Origin: the human T2T-CHM13v2.0 reference genome, Homo sapiens
Reading direction: 5' to 3' (one strand)
Assembly: GCF_009914755.1 (NCBI RefSeq)
Contig: NC_060935.1
Length of the DNA stretch: 64,000 bases
In this document: piece by piece, positions 63,143 to 64,000 of the stretch
Numbering within the stretch: the first letter of the stretch is position 1
Layout of the letters: every line of letters starts with the position of its first letter
Translations under genes and position numbers: made by a program
The notes under the pieces: generated by a model
Seen by the model: only the letters and a program-made list of their open reading frames with translations
Told to the model about the DNA's origin: nothing
Database searches by the model: none

Positions 63143-64000
63143 ACATTTTATATATTTTGCTGAAGAAAAATAAATATTGACTCAGTTTTTTTACACTACA
63201 TTTCAGTACATAACATCTGGAGATGGGAGGTTTATAGATGCATCACCATTATCTAAGTGGCCAAAGCATTTACTAAAGGTTATTACATAATTTGTAGAGA
63301 TGTGGAGATTCTAAAGGAAAGACACAGTAGGAGTAGGCTAGGACTTACATTATGCAAAATGGAATTTTACATGAATCTAATTATTCAGGTGATTGCTAAC
63401 TGTGCACCTTTTCCCCAATAGCAGCAGCTTCCAAAATGTTCTTGTAAGAATTTAATGGAGTCAAGATTTATAACAAGTAGCTCAAAACTGGGGTGGAGGG
63501 TGAAAGAGAGAAGAAAGAGGAAAAAAAGTTTGAACAATCATGAACCGTTTTCTAATGGCTATAGTAAGATAAAACATGTATTAGAAGATTTAAAATGTCT
63601 AGTGAATACAGACACAAAGCACTCTCCCAGGACTTTATAAATCTAATCCATAAGAGAAGCTATCTGGATATAGGGCTTGGCATGACTGTTGACCCTCATT
63701 TAACAGTTATCTGTAATTTCCCCAGCATTATTTCACAGAAAGTTACACATGTCAAAAATATGCACTTATTGCCATCAAAATGTGTCCCCAAAAGAAGAAA
63801 ATTTGTCCCCAGAGGGAAAGGAGTAGTATATTTGGTAGTGAAATATAAGAATATAGTCAACTTACATAATAATTAGAGACGTGATATTAAGATTTTATCA
63901 GTTCTCATTCTGAAACTATAAAACCAACCCATGTTAGAAGTTCCCCAATTCCTCATCCCATCATTCAGATTCTCTTCAGAAAAACACATGAAAATTGAAT

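Overview
AT-rich, repeat-dense primate genomic DNA (Alu, L1PA, MLT2A/HERV-L present; intron- or intergenic-type). No host-gene exon, RNA gene or CRISPR array was recognised. The centrepiece is a young, full-length processed copy of PYROXD1 on the minus strand (about 4948-9066; 15-nt TSD, AATAAA plus A-tail, single 4-nt frameshift) inserted in an old L1. Its ~2.5-kb 3' UTR captured, in antisense and unspliced, the last two coding exons of the tail-to-tail neighbour RECQL with intact splice sites, stop codon and reading frame, so one insertion carries sequence of two genes on opposite strands. The rest is a nested transposon landscape: three 5'-inverted (twin-primed) L1s, a 5'-intact internally deleted L1MA with 18-nt TSD, an internally deleted HERV-L keeping its dUTPase region, MaLR/ERVL LTRs, Tigger/MER DNA elements, MIR and L2. 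A second theme is a set of local copy-paste events that repeat annotation would hide: a 288-bp copy of an L1 3' junction pasted inside the same L1, a perfect 49-bp inverted copy of an old L1MA segment, a 120-bp dispersed duplication, a 309-bp tandem duplication and an interlocked quasi-palindrome. Family names, subfamilies and parent-protein comparisons come from recall, not from a search; alignments and counts were done by eye. I see no evidence for a new multi-gene system; the two-gene retrocopy is the best candidate for something functionally unusual.
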